Positions 38,271 through 50,056 of a stretch of 64,000 nucleotides of DNA are shown here, piece after piece. The notes under the pieces were generated by a model. That model had not been told where the DNA came from, searched no databases, and saw only the letters and a list, made by a program, of their open reading frames with translations. Source of the stretch: Vicugna vicugna. Its lineage: Eukaryota. The first letter of the stretch is position 1. Each line of letters starts with the position of its first letter. The position numbers and the translations under genes are program-made. The DNA lies in NCBI GenBank assembly GCA_013265495.1, contig MU058037.1, positions 250,001 to 314,000 on the forward strand, in the 5' to 3' direction.

Positions 38271-38594
38271 CTTTGTAGCTCACTGTAAAATAGCATCTTG
38301 TTACAGAGTTTATTTTGTGACGTGTATCATCAAATTGATACGTAATCAACTCTGGCCTTTCCTACCGATATTTTTCCACATTTAATTTGATAGTTATTAA
38401 GAATATGGTCGGATAGCACCGTAGTTATCAGAGGACCTAGTTCTGGTCTGTAGTGAGGATTCATACAGTCAAATTTTGTAAACTTGTTAAAAACTGGTTT
38501 TCCTTTTTCTGTGAATAATAAGAATCTTTTGTAATTATGAGTAATAAATCTCGAGCTAGAACTTGACTGGAGTTGGGTATATTTAAAAAAAAAA

Positions 38595-38825
38595 CCAGTA
38601 AATATAAGATAGGGCCAAGCTCTTTGTTACTACTTCAGAACATCTGTGTAATTTTGTGTAAGTCATTTACCCTCTTGGAATTTCTGTTTCCTCATCTGTG
38701 GATGGATAAAGTGATGCCTAATTCACAGGGCTATGTAAGCAGTGTATCAGATAGAATGACGCTGCCTTGATCTGGCAGCGTGAAAATACGCACTCAGTAA
38801 ATGTCAGATGAATAAATGACTGAAT
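38595..38825 (+). mobile_element. MIR SINE
   Basis: AAGTCATTTACCCTCTTGGAATTTCTGTTTCCTCATCTGT core. Confidence 0.75.
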
Positions 38826-39844
38826 AATTTATCCAGTAAGCAGCATTTGTAAAATGTTTATGGTTTGTAGTGTTTATGTTCAATTTAATGGTCAGTGTGC
38901 TTGATTTTCATGTTTCAATGGGCTTGATTTATCTTCAATGTATATGACATCTTAGAGCTGAAAGCATTAGGAGATTTGGCCATTAGTAACAGTTCTAAAT
39001 GCTTAGTGACAACATTTTGATAGAATATCTGGTGGCTTTAACAGTAGAAGGAGGCCTGAAAAAATGATCCTGCCTCTTTTGCTACCATTGGTAATGCTTT
39101 CCATGCCCGTGTGAGTGTGTGTAAGTGTGTAAAGCTATGTGTGTATGCATGGTGTATGTGCTATTGTGTATTTGGAAGACAGACTGAGATAAGATCAGGC
39201 AGAGGAAAGAAGAAAATCCTAGAAGTATAATAGGTGTGAGATTTGTGCTGTGAGGATGTGCGAAGTTAGGACTTATGTCAAATTCTCCATCCATAATTGA
39301 AGAAGGTCATGGGGCTTAGGCATGAGAGAAGCAAATGGGTTCATTAGCCTGGAGGCAGTACCCACAGCTCCTACCCGGTGAGATATGGACACATTTTCAT
39401 TTTGAGAAATGTAGCACAGTGTAATGTGGTTAATATTAACATAGCTGCACCAATTTAAATGTACTTTGGTGTAATTTAAACCACCCACACAGTTTTCCTT
39501 TGAAAACACAAACATGTGACCCTCTCAAAATTCTCACCCACGCTCATTGCTTGTGCCTTGGACTCTTGAAAACTCATTTTGCAACCTATGAAGTAATCTT
39601 CCTGAATTCTTGAACCTTTGAATGCCCTTAAGTTTTATGACAAGAACATACTATTTTTTAAATACGACTTTTCACTTTCACTTCCATTATTTAAAAAAAC
39701 CCCAAATTTAAATAAGGTGGTTTAAAAAAGGCAGGCTCTCTTGTATTTATTTTTTCTTTTTTTTTCCTTGGAGTATATCATTTTATACTATTCTAGGGAT
39801 TCCCTTTCCATGACCCAGGTACATTGTGGGGAATGAGAGGTAGT

Positions 39845-40318
39845 GTCTCTTTTTTCATGACTTTGTGGGTTAGGAATTCAAGCAGGGCTTAGCTGTATTA
39901 CTCTTCTGCTCTACATGTTGTTAACTAAGGTCACTCAGTGATATTTATCTGGTAGCTAGTCTTGTCTGGAGGGTTCAAGACACCTTCATTCATGCCTAGC
40001 ACCTTGGCAGAGATGTTTGGAAACATGAGCTCAGCTGGGTCACTTTTCCTTTCCATCTTCAGTGCATCTCCACATGGTCCTTGGCCTCTTCATCACAGTA
40101 GTCAGACTTCTTCCATGGTGGCTCACCAAGAGATGGAGGTAGACGCTACCAGGCTTCTTCACAGCTAGACCAAGAACTAACACAGTGTCACTTCCACCAT
40201 TTTTGTTGAATGTTAAAACAGACAGAGGCCCGCCTAGATTCAAGGGCGGTGGAAATAGATCCCATCTCTCAATGGGAGAACTGTAAAATAATTTTCATCT
40301 ATCTTTAATCTGTCAAAG
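39845..40318 (-). mobile_element. MaLR LTR (MLT1G/H-like)
   Basis: GTGGGTTAGGAATTCAAGCAGGGCTTAGCTG...CAGTGTCACTTCCACCAT...AGATTCAAGGG. Confidence 0.75.
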
Positions 40319-40439
40319 TTGAAGATATAAAAACTCACTATTAGAATCTTTGTTTTTCTTAATCCTAAGTGTTTAGTGTAAGTCTCAAAAGAAGGATCAC
40401 AGAAAGATGTGTAATTATGGAAGTGAATCATATCTTGCC

Positions 40440-40650
40440 TTAGAAAATAGAATCTGAAGCCAATGTAGATCTTAAATCCTGGTTCTACCGTATTCTAGCT
40501 GTGGGATTTTCAGCAAGTTGCATGATCTTTTCATGTCTGAATTTCTTCATTTTGGAGAATGGAATGATAGTTCTTACCTCATGCAGTTGAGAGGATTACA
40601 TGAAGTAACACATGTAAAGAATTTAGGAATCGCACCTGGAACATGAATGT
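40440..40650 (+). mobile_element. MIR SINE
   Basis: AATCCTGGTTCTACC...CTAGCTGTG...TTACCTCATG...GAGGATTACATGA. Confidence 0.7.
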
Positions 40651-43399
40651 TCTGGGAAGGAAGAGGTTCAGCAACTAATCTGCAGTTCATTTCTCTTGTT
40701 ACTGGGGGAACATTCATAGGAAAGTAAGAAGGCAGATGACCTGACCTAATCTCCTTATAAACATGCTAATAAATGAGCTGGTGAATAGACTAATGGTGTT
40801 TGCGAGTAGAAGTCATGTCTTTGGACTACTTTTGGCAGGGTGTCTCTGGCTTAGGATTGCTTATGGTAAACACATCTAGGGTCGATGGATTTATGGGGCA
40901 TGGATCTCTGGAAAATGTCACGTAAGCTGTGTAACCATCTGGCTGTAAATGGAGATGTTTCGTAACTTAAAAAAATCCTTGCTGTGTGAGGCGACTGTGC
41001 ACTGGACTTGGAGAACTGATTTTTGAACACAGGTCAGAGGGTACATTTCTAACGTGGGAAGGAAGGAGCAGGGAATTCTGTACCTGATGTTCCAGCTTCA
41101 CCTCTGCCTCTGAGTGCTTGTATGCTTGAAATTATTAGTAAAGCATATTACTAGGTAATATCTGTGACTCATATTTGGTCTCATTTGGTAATCTGATCCA
41201 TTGTATTAACTGATGCTCAATAAATGTTAAGTAAAAACAATTATTAAGATGATACACAACTTTAATATTGCGTTTTTTCCCCATGGAAAAATGAGGGAGC
41301 AGGAATAGACTTAAATACTTTTCTGCCTTTTCTAATTTTATTTTAATTAAGTTACTGGAGGTCCATAGGATTATGTTTGAAGGCAGAGTATGTTATTCTT
41401 TTGTGGGTAGCTATAATGTCGTGGACCATACATTTGTTGTATTATGGATGTGCTCTAGTTTGATCTTGAACTGGTTAGCATATTTTGAATGATTCAGAAA
41501 GGCCAGTTATGGTATTAAGGGATTTATTTCTATGATTTTCTCAATCATATTATGGTTTATTACTTTAGCCAAAATGCTGAAGTAAGGCCTTTAATTTAGA
41601 ATACGTGTGAGGAAGTAGAGTTCCCATGTTTTCTATGTTGTTGATGATTCCAAACATAGAAATGGTTTCCAATCCAAAGCCAAATCCAAATTCTTTTTGG
41701 TTTTGGAATTTGTATTCACATTTGCATATGGATATACCAGAGTTTCAAAACCCTCCACTTATCGAAAACATCCTGACTAAATGCAGCCCAAGAAGAAATC
41801 TCCAGTTGCTCTGGATAGGCAGTTTGCAGAGTGCTTTTACATTCATTTATAAAACAATCATATGTAGGAGTCAGGGAACCCGCCTAGGTTCCCTGTCCTA
41901 TTTCTTCCCCTTCTTACTGATGACCTTGAATTACTGATGTTAAGGGCCTCTGCAGAAAATGTATGGAATGTCTGTACTTTTTCTTTGAGCTTACTTTATA
42001 TCTGAAAGAAGAGGTAGTTATGTAAGGAGGAAGCCTAAATTCCTTTATTCTGCTAGAAGGGCACCGCTGGCCAAGGGACCGCAATTTAGCATGGGTGGAA
42101 TTGACACAGCGACAGTGCCGCAGGGTAGCACTTTGTTGGAGGGTATGATTTCACAAACAAAGATTCACTAGGGATAAATAAAGGGAAGAACTAATATTGT
42201 CACAAAGAACTTGAAAACAAAATGTATCGGATATATTGCACTGCAGAGACAGAGATAACAAAGAATAATAATAGCTTACCAAAGGTATTTGAGAGATTTG
42301 CCTCATTTCACCCACTTGATGACACGAAGAGATGGGCTGGACAGAAAGTGTTGTAGAGTTTTTGTTAATGAGAAACCGAGACTTAGATTGATACACCCCT
42401 AGCTCATGCAGTAGTGAGTGGCAGAATTGAGGTTCTCTGTACCCTTAAACCATGTCTATCTTTCAAATAAAAGTCACCACATAAATATGCTGAACAATTG
42501 AGTGAATTCAACTGAACCGGCTTTTACTGAATGTATATATAAAGCAGGGTGCTAGATGCTTTGGGGGATAAAAAAGATGACTCAGATGCTCTTCCTGTCT
42601 TTTAAGATCTTGTAAATTTGAAGAGAAACAAGGTGACATTCAGATAACCTCAATCAAAGGCAGAATGGTGAGGTATTATGCAAGTAACTTGATTTATCTA
42701 ATTTTTAGATAATATGAATTAAAAACCCTGTGTATGTAATATTATCCCTCCAGATAGAGACAAAATGGAATGATTTTTACTCTTTTTGCAGATGCCAGCT
42801 CATCACAATAAAAATGATGCTCTTATGTCTGAAAATGAGTGGAACTATGGCTTAGTTCTCTGGTGCATTTAAACTAATTCTAGTCCAGTATAATGAGTAG
42901 CTTCCCATTGAAATCTGTGATAAATATTTACAGAAGAAATTGGACTAGCTGTTACTAGGTATTGTTATCACTGTATGAAGACTGGATGCTTGAACTAAGT
43001 GTGGCTTTGAAATGCAAGTTTGTCCTTATTATGTAAAACAGGACTCAGAGTTCTCAGCTGTTTTCCCTGAGTACCCACAAAGCTTGACTACAAGGTCCAG
43101 TGAGCTTTCATAGTCTTATCCAGCTGTCTTGGCAACATTAATTCCTGTAGAAGCCAGTGGAATGTGTTCTGGCTTTGCCTGGAATATTAAAAAAAGGTAG
43201 AGAAACAAAACTACACTTATGGATGTTAATTAAGATAATGGGACAGGGAGTTTGATGTGAAATAGTGTTGGATGTAATGATGTGATATCTTAGTTGTGAC
43301 TCACATTTAGTTTTATAAAATAGGACTTTATTAATAAATTTTGAACTTTATTATATAATGAAGTCTGGATAGTATATTATCACTACAATAATATGAAAA

Positions 43400-43790
43400 T
43401 AGAAGCTTGGGGTTGCATTTCAGGGCAGGTATGCAGGTTTCACCTTGCCACCTTAGTTCTTGGCTTCCATCTGCAGAAGATGACTGTCTCAACTTTGGTC
43501 TTCACAGCTGTGTTTTAGGCAGCTGGAAGAAAGATGCGTGACTCCACTTCAACCAGTTTCTTTTAGGGGTTCCTAGAAGCTCCACTTAGAGAGTTTTGCT
43601 TCCATCTCATTGGCTACCACTATCTATAGTAGGCCAAGAATTGTAGTCTTCCTCACTCGTTCCTTTTCCCTTTTCTCTACCTCTCCATCCCTCCCTCTCT
43701 CTTTTCCATCCTGTATTGCTACAATCTATAATACAAGATTTGTTATAAGGAAGAAGGAAAATGAATGGGCATTCTCTGCTGCAGATACAC
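43400..43790 (-). mobile_element. MaLR LTR fragment (MLT1J-like)
   Basis: CCTAGAAGCTCCAC...TCCATCTCATTGGC...AAGAAGGAAAATGAATGG. Confidence 0.5.
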
Positions 43791-44094
43791 TTTTGTTTAA
43801 TAAATTATATCTTCTTCTAAACCTTAGTGGATAAAAAAACTTACAAATGATAAAAGAAAATGATTTCTGTAAAGTCTTTTTATTGGCTCCATTGCAACTG
43901 AAGATAACCATGTGCTTACCGTATATTCTGGGGTGGGAATGATTAGTAACTTCGATTTTTCTTTAATTTTTTTCCTTTTAAAAATTATCTCTTTTTATTG
44001 TTACTACACTTCAGGGATTTTTTCCTTGTCCTGTGATTAATGTCTCCCAGAAAATAAATGCCTTAATTTTGTATAGTTCTTGGTTGTTCACAAA

Positions 44095-44260
44095 ATACAT
44101 TTACGTTTATTTTCTGGTTTTCCTCTCAACGACCCTGCTGAGGAAACTGAGTCTCAGAGTTTTAGTGGCCTGCTCAAGAGGATCTAAGTAGTAAGTAGCA
44201 GACCTGGGATTTGAAACAAATTATTCTGTCTTTAAGACTGCCCTTCTTTCCAAGAGACCA
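44095..44260 (-). mobile_element. MIR fragment
   Basis: GAGGAAACTGAGTCTCAGAG...GTAAGTAGCAGACCTGGGATTTGAA. Confidence 0.75.
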
Positions 44261-45711
44261 AATTACTTCATTTTTGACAGGGTTCCTAGGTGGCTCGTGC
44301 CAATTGTTTTCTTTGAGGCTCCTCAGTGGTAACTGTTCATTGCTGAGCTCCCTCTGCTTCCTGATAGTCTACGCTGTTCTCTCTTAGACTGTTTCTTTTT
44401 TGTGACCTAACTGAAGACTATGGTTTAGCTAACCCTGAACATGAAATTTTGAAGTAGACTTGGAGGGTTGGTATTCCCTTAGGAACTTCAGTTCCCCCAG
44501 CTATTTATGTATTTTGAGACATTCTTAGGGACAGGACCAAATAAGGGCAAGACATGACTAAAAATTATTCTTGTGCAAAATGCCTGAAATTAGGCTTGGC
44601 CAGGGAAATTGCTGGATGGACTTATAACTTGTGTCATTTCTCCTTGGCATGTTCCATGGAGATGACCATGTTTCAAAGGCTTTCACTAGACTAGTGGATT
44701 ATGTTTCTTGCTGAGAAGAGCAGAAAAATATTGGATTGATATCTTACTAAATGGTAGAAATGAAATCAGTCTTCTTAAGCCTACTTGGAACTATCTTCCG
44801 ACTCCCTGACATTTGCTTGTGATTAGAATACCGGCTTTAAATGCCACTTCAGAAATCAGGAAGAACACATGGATTGAACAGTGTTTTGCATCTGTGCTAA
44901 TGCTCCTCTCATTGTCAATCAGAAGTTGACTGTCAAAAGAGGACAGGGACTGAGAGATTATAAAACATTATTGTTAGTCATGGAAAACAAATTTAAAAGA
45001 TCATCTTCCCCAAACTCACCTTCCATATATGTACGGCATATTTTGCATCCATTACCTAGAAATTTCTTGAGTATACTTTCATATTTTTCTGGAATATGAG
45101 ATGCTGTTTATGAAGGGCATCTTCCTCTTCCTCGTACTGCAAATTATATTATGAAGTAGAATATGGCTATAAATATGGTTGTCTGTTTTAATGAAATAAT
45201 AATAGATCCAGTGTCTCTAATCATACTAGAGTTAAGCAAAGCATATCATTTGAGTCACATGGCTCTTTTCAACCTGCTGCGCATGATAAGGTAGCCAGAG
45301 GGTGGGAGACTGATGTATTGGGAGTTTCTAATAGGGGATTGCCATTTGAATAGCAACAAGTTTTGATGGCAGTATTTGATAGAAGCAGAATAATTCCATA
45401 TGATGATAACTTTTCATCAAACAATGTAGTGGTCAGGCATTCTGTTAAGATCACATATTCACATTTGAGTTCAAATTACCTCTATGAAGTTAAACAACTT
45501 TCAGGATTGCAGAAATGCACGATTCCAGTGGCTTCCCATTCACATCCTAGAATGTGTGAGTGCTGTACCCCAGATTAGCCTAGTGCACGACTTATACAAT
45601 GGTATGTAGTGACCTTGTATACTTACGTTATACACGTCCCGTGATGTGCTCAGTAACTTTCAGGATTAAAGAAATATACATTGCTGTAATTCCAACAATT
45701 AGCTATGCTTT

Positions 45712-45904
45712 TTTTTTTAATTTGGGGAAACTAATTTCCCCTGCCTAATTAAAAAAATTGTTTTAAATTTATTTTTTGAGGGGGAGGTAATTAGGTTTAT
45801 TTATTTATTTACTTACTTACTTATTTTAATGGAGGTACTGGGGATTGAGCCCAGGACCTCCTGTATGCTAAGCACGCACTGTACCATTGAGCTCTACCCT
45901 CCCC
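45712..45904 (-). mobile_element. Vic-1-type tRNA-derived camelid SINE with 3' extension
   Basis: Minus strand GGGGAGGGTAGAGCTCAATGG...GTCCTGGGCTCAATCCCCAGTACCTCC...CCTAATTACCTCCCCC. TSD ATTAGCTATGCTTT (45698-45711) / ACTAGCTATACTTT (45905-45918). Confidence 0.88.
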
Positions 45905-47945
45905 ACTAGCTATACTTTCTTATAAGAACCATCGTAACAAAAATTAGTGTCTAGAATTATAATGGTTTTATTTCTTATTTCCTTATTTCTATATACAAAA
46001 TACTAGGAATATGAAGAAAACCAAGAAGGAGATCTATACTAGTTTGCAGTCTTCTAACTTTTCTAATATTTTTGAAGATAAGAATTAAAATGCAAACTAT
46101 TTATTAGCAGGATGGTCAGATGCAGTTCAGTGGAAAGTACTTAATACCACTTTCACACGATTCTCTTTGAATTAATGAGTATTGAGGAAGTTATGCATGG
46201 GGGCAAAAGGAGTTGTGTAAGACAGCCAGCAATGAAATGCTTTTTATGAATTCTCTTCAATGTGTTCGTATATATTTTTCATCAGAAATAGTTCAGTGAT
46301 CTCATTCAAGATAAAAATATATTCACTTTTATAACTTTCCAGTACCTAGCACAGTGCCTTCTAAGAATAAACACTCAATAAGTTATTGTTTTTAGTTTTA
46401 TTTAAGCAATATCACTTACCGGGTTTATTCCACACACCAGATTTCTCTAGGCTATTGTCACATTGCCAAAAATTCATCAAACTTAATAGTATATTACTCC
46501 TTTCTCATATTATTTTTCTGGCACCTTAATATATTGCTGATATTAGTTAAATGTTTTAGCATGGCTTGATTGTGTGAATTTTTGAAAAGAATCTCTAATT
46601 TCATTTGGAAATTTTATTGCAAAAACATTCTTTCAGTTGTCTATCCATCAGTTGAGTGAATATACAAAATCTGAATCTAGGATTTTAATCTATAATGTTC
46701 ACTACACTATTAATTGATTTAGAAGGAAGGGCCTTGGTTATCATTTTATTTCTTAACAGCTCCACTGAGTTATTTTCCTTAAGGCACAAAAGACCCCTTT
46801 AATCTTTAGATTGCATGCCCTAGAATCAGAAATTCCTTTTATTTGTTTGTTCTATAAATACAACCAAGAACAAACTATGAATTGAACAAGAAGGCACCTC
46901 TGCAGTTTTGGGTTTCAAGGCAGGAGGGGAAGGTCGAGTGGAACAAGCATGCTGGTCATGGTTTTGATAGGTTACAGGAAGCCTGCAAGTAGTCCCAGAG
47001 GTTTCCTTTCCTCTATTCCCAAGCTCTTTCCCATTGTTTGCTGGAGTGAGATGATTACGCCTTGCAAGTCAGAAAAACTCCCATGAGGGAAGCCAAGGTG
47101 TCATTTCCTGGGACCAAATGGTCAGTGCTCCCTTTATTTACTCTTCTCCAGAAAGCTGCTGTGGAGGTCATCTGGCAAATGCACTTTTCCTTTTTAGATC
47201 CAGTCTAAATGTACTCACAACTGACACTCTGAAAATGGCAAGCCACACATAATTGCCGGTGTGAGTTGCCAATCGATTTTGTGGGTGACCAGTCAACTTT
47301 GATTAGGGTGCAGAGTAAATGCAGCCAAACTTAGTGGTTGGTTTCTCCTTTGTGGTTACATACTGGATCACCATCAGGCTTGAGTTGTCAGACCCAAGGA
47401 CAAATGCCAATAGAAGATACAATACTGTATTGCAGGAAAACAGAGGATCTCAGGTGTTCTGATATGTGGGCAGATCATTGTAATAGAGAATCTGGAAAGA
47501 GAGAAAAATTCAAGCAGGGTACAGGTTTCTAGTCAATTTGCTGAATTTCATGCCAATAATAGGCACAGTCAGTAGGGTGAGAGTTAGGAAGACAGCCCCT
47601 TGGAGGTCCTGGGATATTAGAATCATCATCAAAACAGGGATGAAGGCAGATGTCCAGTTAACGGATATGGGATATTAATATGGGTACTAAAATAAGGTGA
47701 ATGAAAGAGCTCTAGACTTGTTTGCAGTATCACAGCTGAGCCTGTCTGCTATAATACTTTTTGCACCCAGGACTTGGGGAACGTCTTAGCCTTCATATCA
47801 GAATCAATGGCTCTTAGCTAAAGATGGAAGAGGGATGCGACTGTTGGGAATCACATTGGATCTGACAGGTTCTGGTCAGTGGAGCTGCAAATACGGATCC
47901 TTAGCAAATACGTACTTAAAAGGAAAATGGATAAGCGTGTGTGTA

Positions 47946-48132
47946 GTTCAGCAATTCTCAAATGAGAACATGCAGCAGATAATCTTGAGGTCTTGTTAAA
48001 ATATAGAATGTTGGGCCCCACCCCCAGGGTTTCTGATTCATTAGGTGTAGTACCAGAGAATTTGCATTTCTAACCTATTTCCAGGTGATGCTGATGCCAA
48101 TGTTCTATGGACCATGCTTTGAGAATCACTGG
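47946..48132. mobile_element. MER5A MITE
   Basis: CAGCAATTCTCAAA...GGGCCCCACCCCCAGGGTTTCTGATTCA...TTTGCATTTCTAAC...TTTGAGAATCACTG. Confidence 0.88.
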
Positions 48133-49551
48133 TATAGACTAATGCTATTTTATCATTGAAAGAACAATAGAATAATCCTTCCTGGCTTCTGGTTCATAAA
48201 AGCACACCAGGCTCTTGTGTTTTTCCTTCTTCCTTCCTAAGAGGACAGTAAAATGATGGTTTAAAAAAAAAAGCCCCAAATACAGAAGAGAATCTCAAAT
48301 TTCAAGAAAGAAATGTAGGCCATCCAAGAAAGGGGATTTATGGCTGTTTATGGATAAAATAAAATGGGAAACAGCAGGCTAGGAAATGCAGAAGAGATCT
48401 GCATAATTTTCTCAGGTAATCCTTGGAGAGCTCCAGGCTCAAAGTTAGCAGCAACAATGGAAAATGGAAGTTGGAAGGGTAATTAAAAATGCAGGAGGAC
48501 TGTGAAGGAGGTGATTATATGAAACATTACAGAATAATTGGCTCCCCATAATCCAGTACCCTACCCTCTCAGTGCTCAGTTGGCAGAGGGTAGGTCACCC
48601 AGCATTTTTCTCTCAGACAAAAATGAAAACAAACCAAACAAAAACATATGAACAACCCATAAAAACTTGAAAGGCTTTTATTTAAGGAAAATGAATAAAT
48701 TCCCTGGGAAGAAATGGGACTACTGTAGTAGGTGCTGATATCCTCATTCTTGAATTTGGGGGCTTATAAAATGAAGTCTGCCAACTAATAAGCCCCAACT
48801 ATGTACAAAGAGTTATTTATCCTAGATCAGCAACTGATTTTAATTATGAACATATAATCAAAGATCACCAGGCACGTAACAAAAACAGCAACAGATATAA
48901 AAGACTAATGACCCTAGAAGAAAGATTCTGTTCTGGAAAACAGAATAAGACAATGGAATCTCTAGTTGGTATCTTCAGAGCAATGAGAAGATACTGACTA
49001 TAAACAAAAGCAGAAAAATATGAATAAGGAAAGAAAATTAAACAGTGAGCTCTTGGAAATTAAACATATTATTTCCAACATGTAATTTTGAATTAAAGTA
49101 TTAGAACATGAAGTCAAGCAGAACTCTGAGAATACAGAGAAAATTTGTAGAAAATATGAGTGAACACAGAGGATCCATCTGAAAGGACTAACACCTGATT
49201 TGTTCTAGAAAGAGTTCTAGAAAGATAATGGAAAATAAGGGGGAAGAAATAATCAAAGACACACTAGAAGTACATTTCCTAAAGCTGAAAAAAAAATGTT
49301 TATCATACTGAAAGAATCCAATGAATTATGGAGTAAAGGAGAAGAAAAAGACAGATAAAAATGTTATATAATGTCAGGACAGAGCTGATAAAAGAAGATC
49401 ATAAAAGCTTTGAGGACGGGGGCAAGAGTTTACCTGCAAAAAATTATAGAATCAGATATGCATCAGATTTCTCTTTAGCAATCTAGAAGATAAGAGACAA
49501 TGAAGGGAGGAATCAAAGAGAAAATCATTAAATTAAAAAAAAATTCTACCA

Positions 49552-50010
49552 TTTAAAAAAATTGAAGTATAGTCAGTTTACAGTATGTTAATTTTGGGTG
49601 TACAACATAATGTTTCAGTCATACCTATACATACATGTATTTCTTTCCATATTCTTTTTCATTATAGGTTACCACAAGATACTGAATATAGTTCCCTGTG
49701 CTATGCAGAAGAAACTTGTTGTTTATTTTATATACAGTAGTTAGTATCTGCAAACCTCATATTTCCAATTTATCCCTTCCCATCCCCTTTCTCCCCTGAT
49801 AACTATCAGTTTGTTCTGTATGTCTCTGAGTCTGTTCCTGTTTTGTAAATAAGTTCATTTGTGTCTTTTTAAAAAAAGATTCCACATATAAGTCATGTCA
49901 TGTGGTCTTTCTCTTTCTGGCTTACTTCACTTAAAATGATGATCACTAGGTCTATCCATGTTGCTGGAAATGGCATTATTTTATAATTTTTTATGGCTGA
50001 GTAGTATTCC

Positions 50011-50056
<46 letters not shown>

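Noticed and set aside
38360..38420. Possible pre-miRNA hairpin (CTACCGA...TCGGATAG)
   Set aside because: Pairing is short and interrupted.
49202..49225. Heat-shock element from (GTTCTAGAAAGA)x2
   Set aside because: Spacing between units breaks the nGAAn register; simple duplication inside a repeat.
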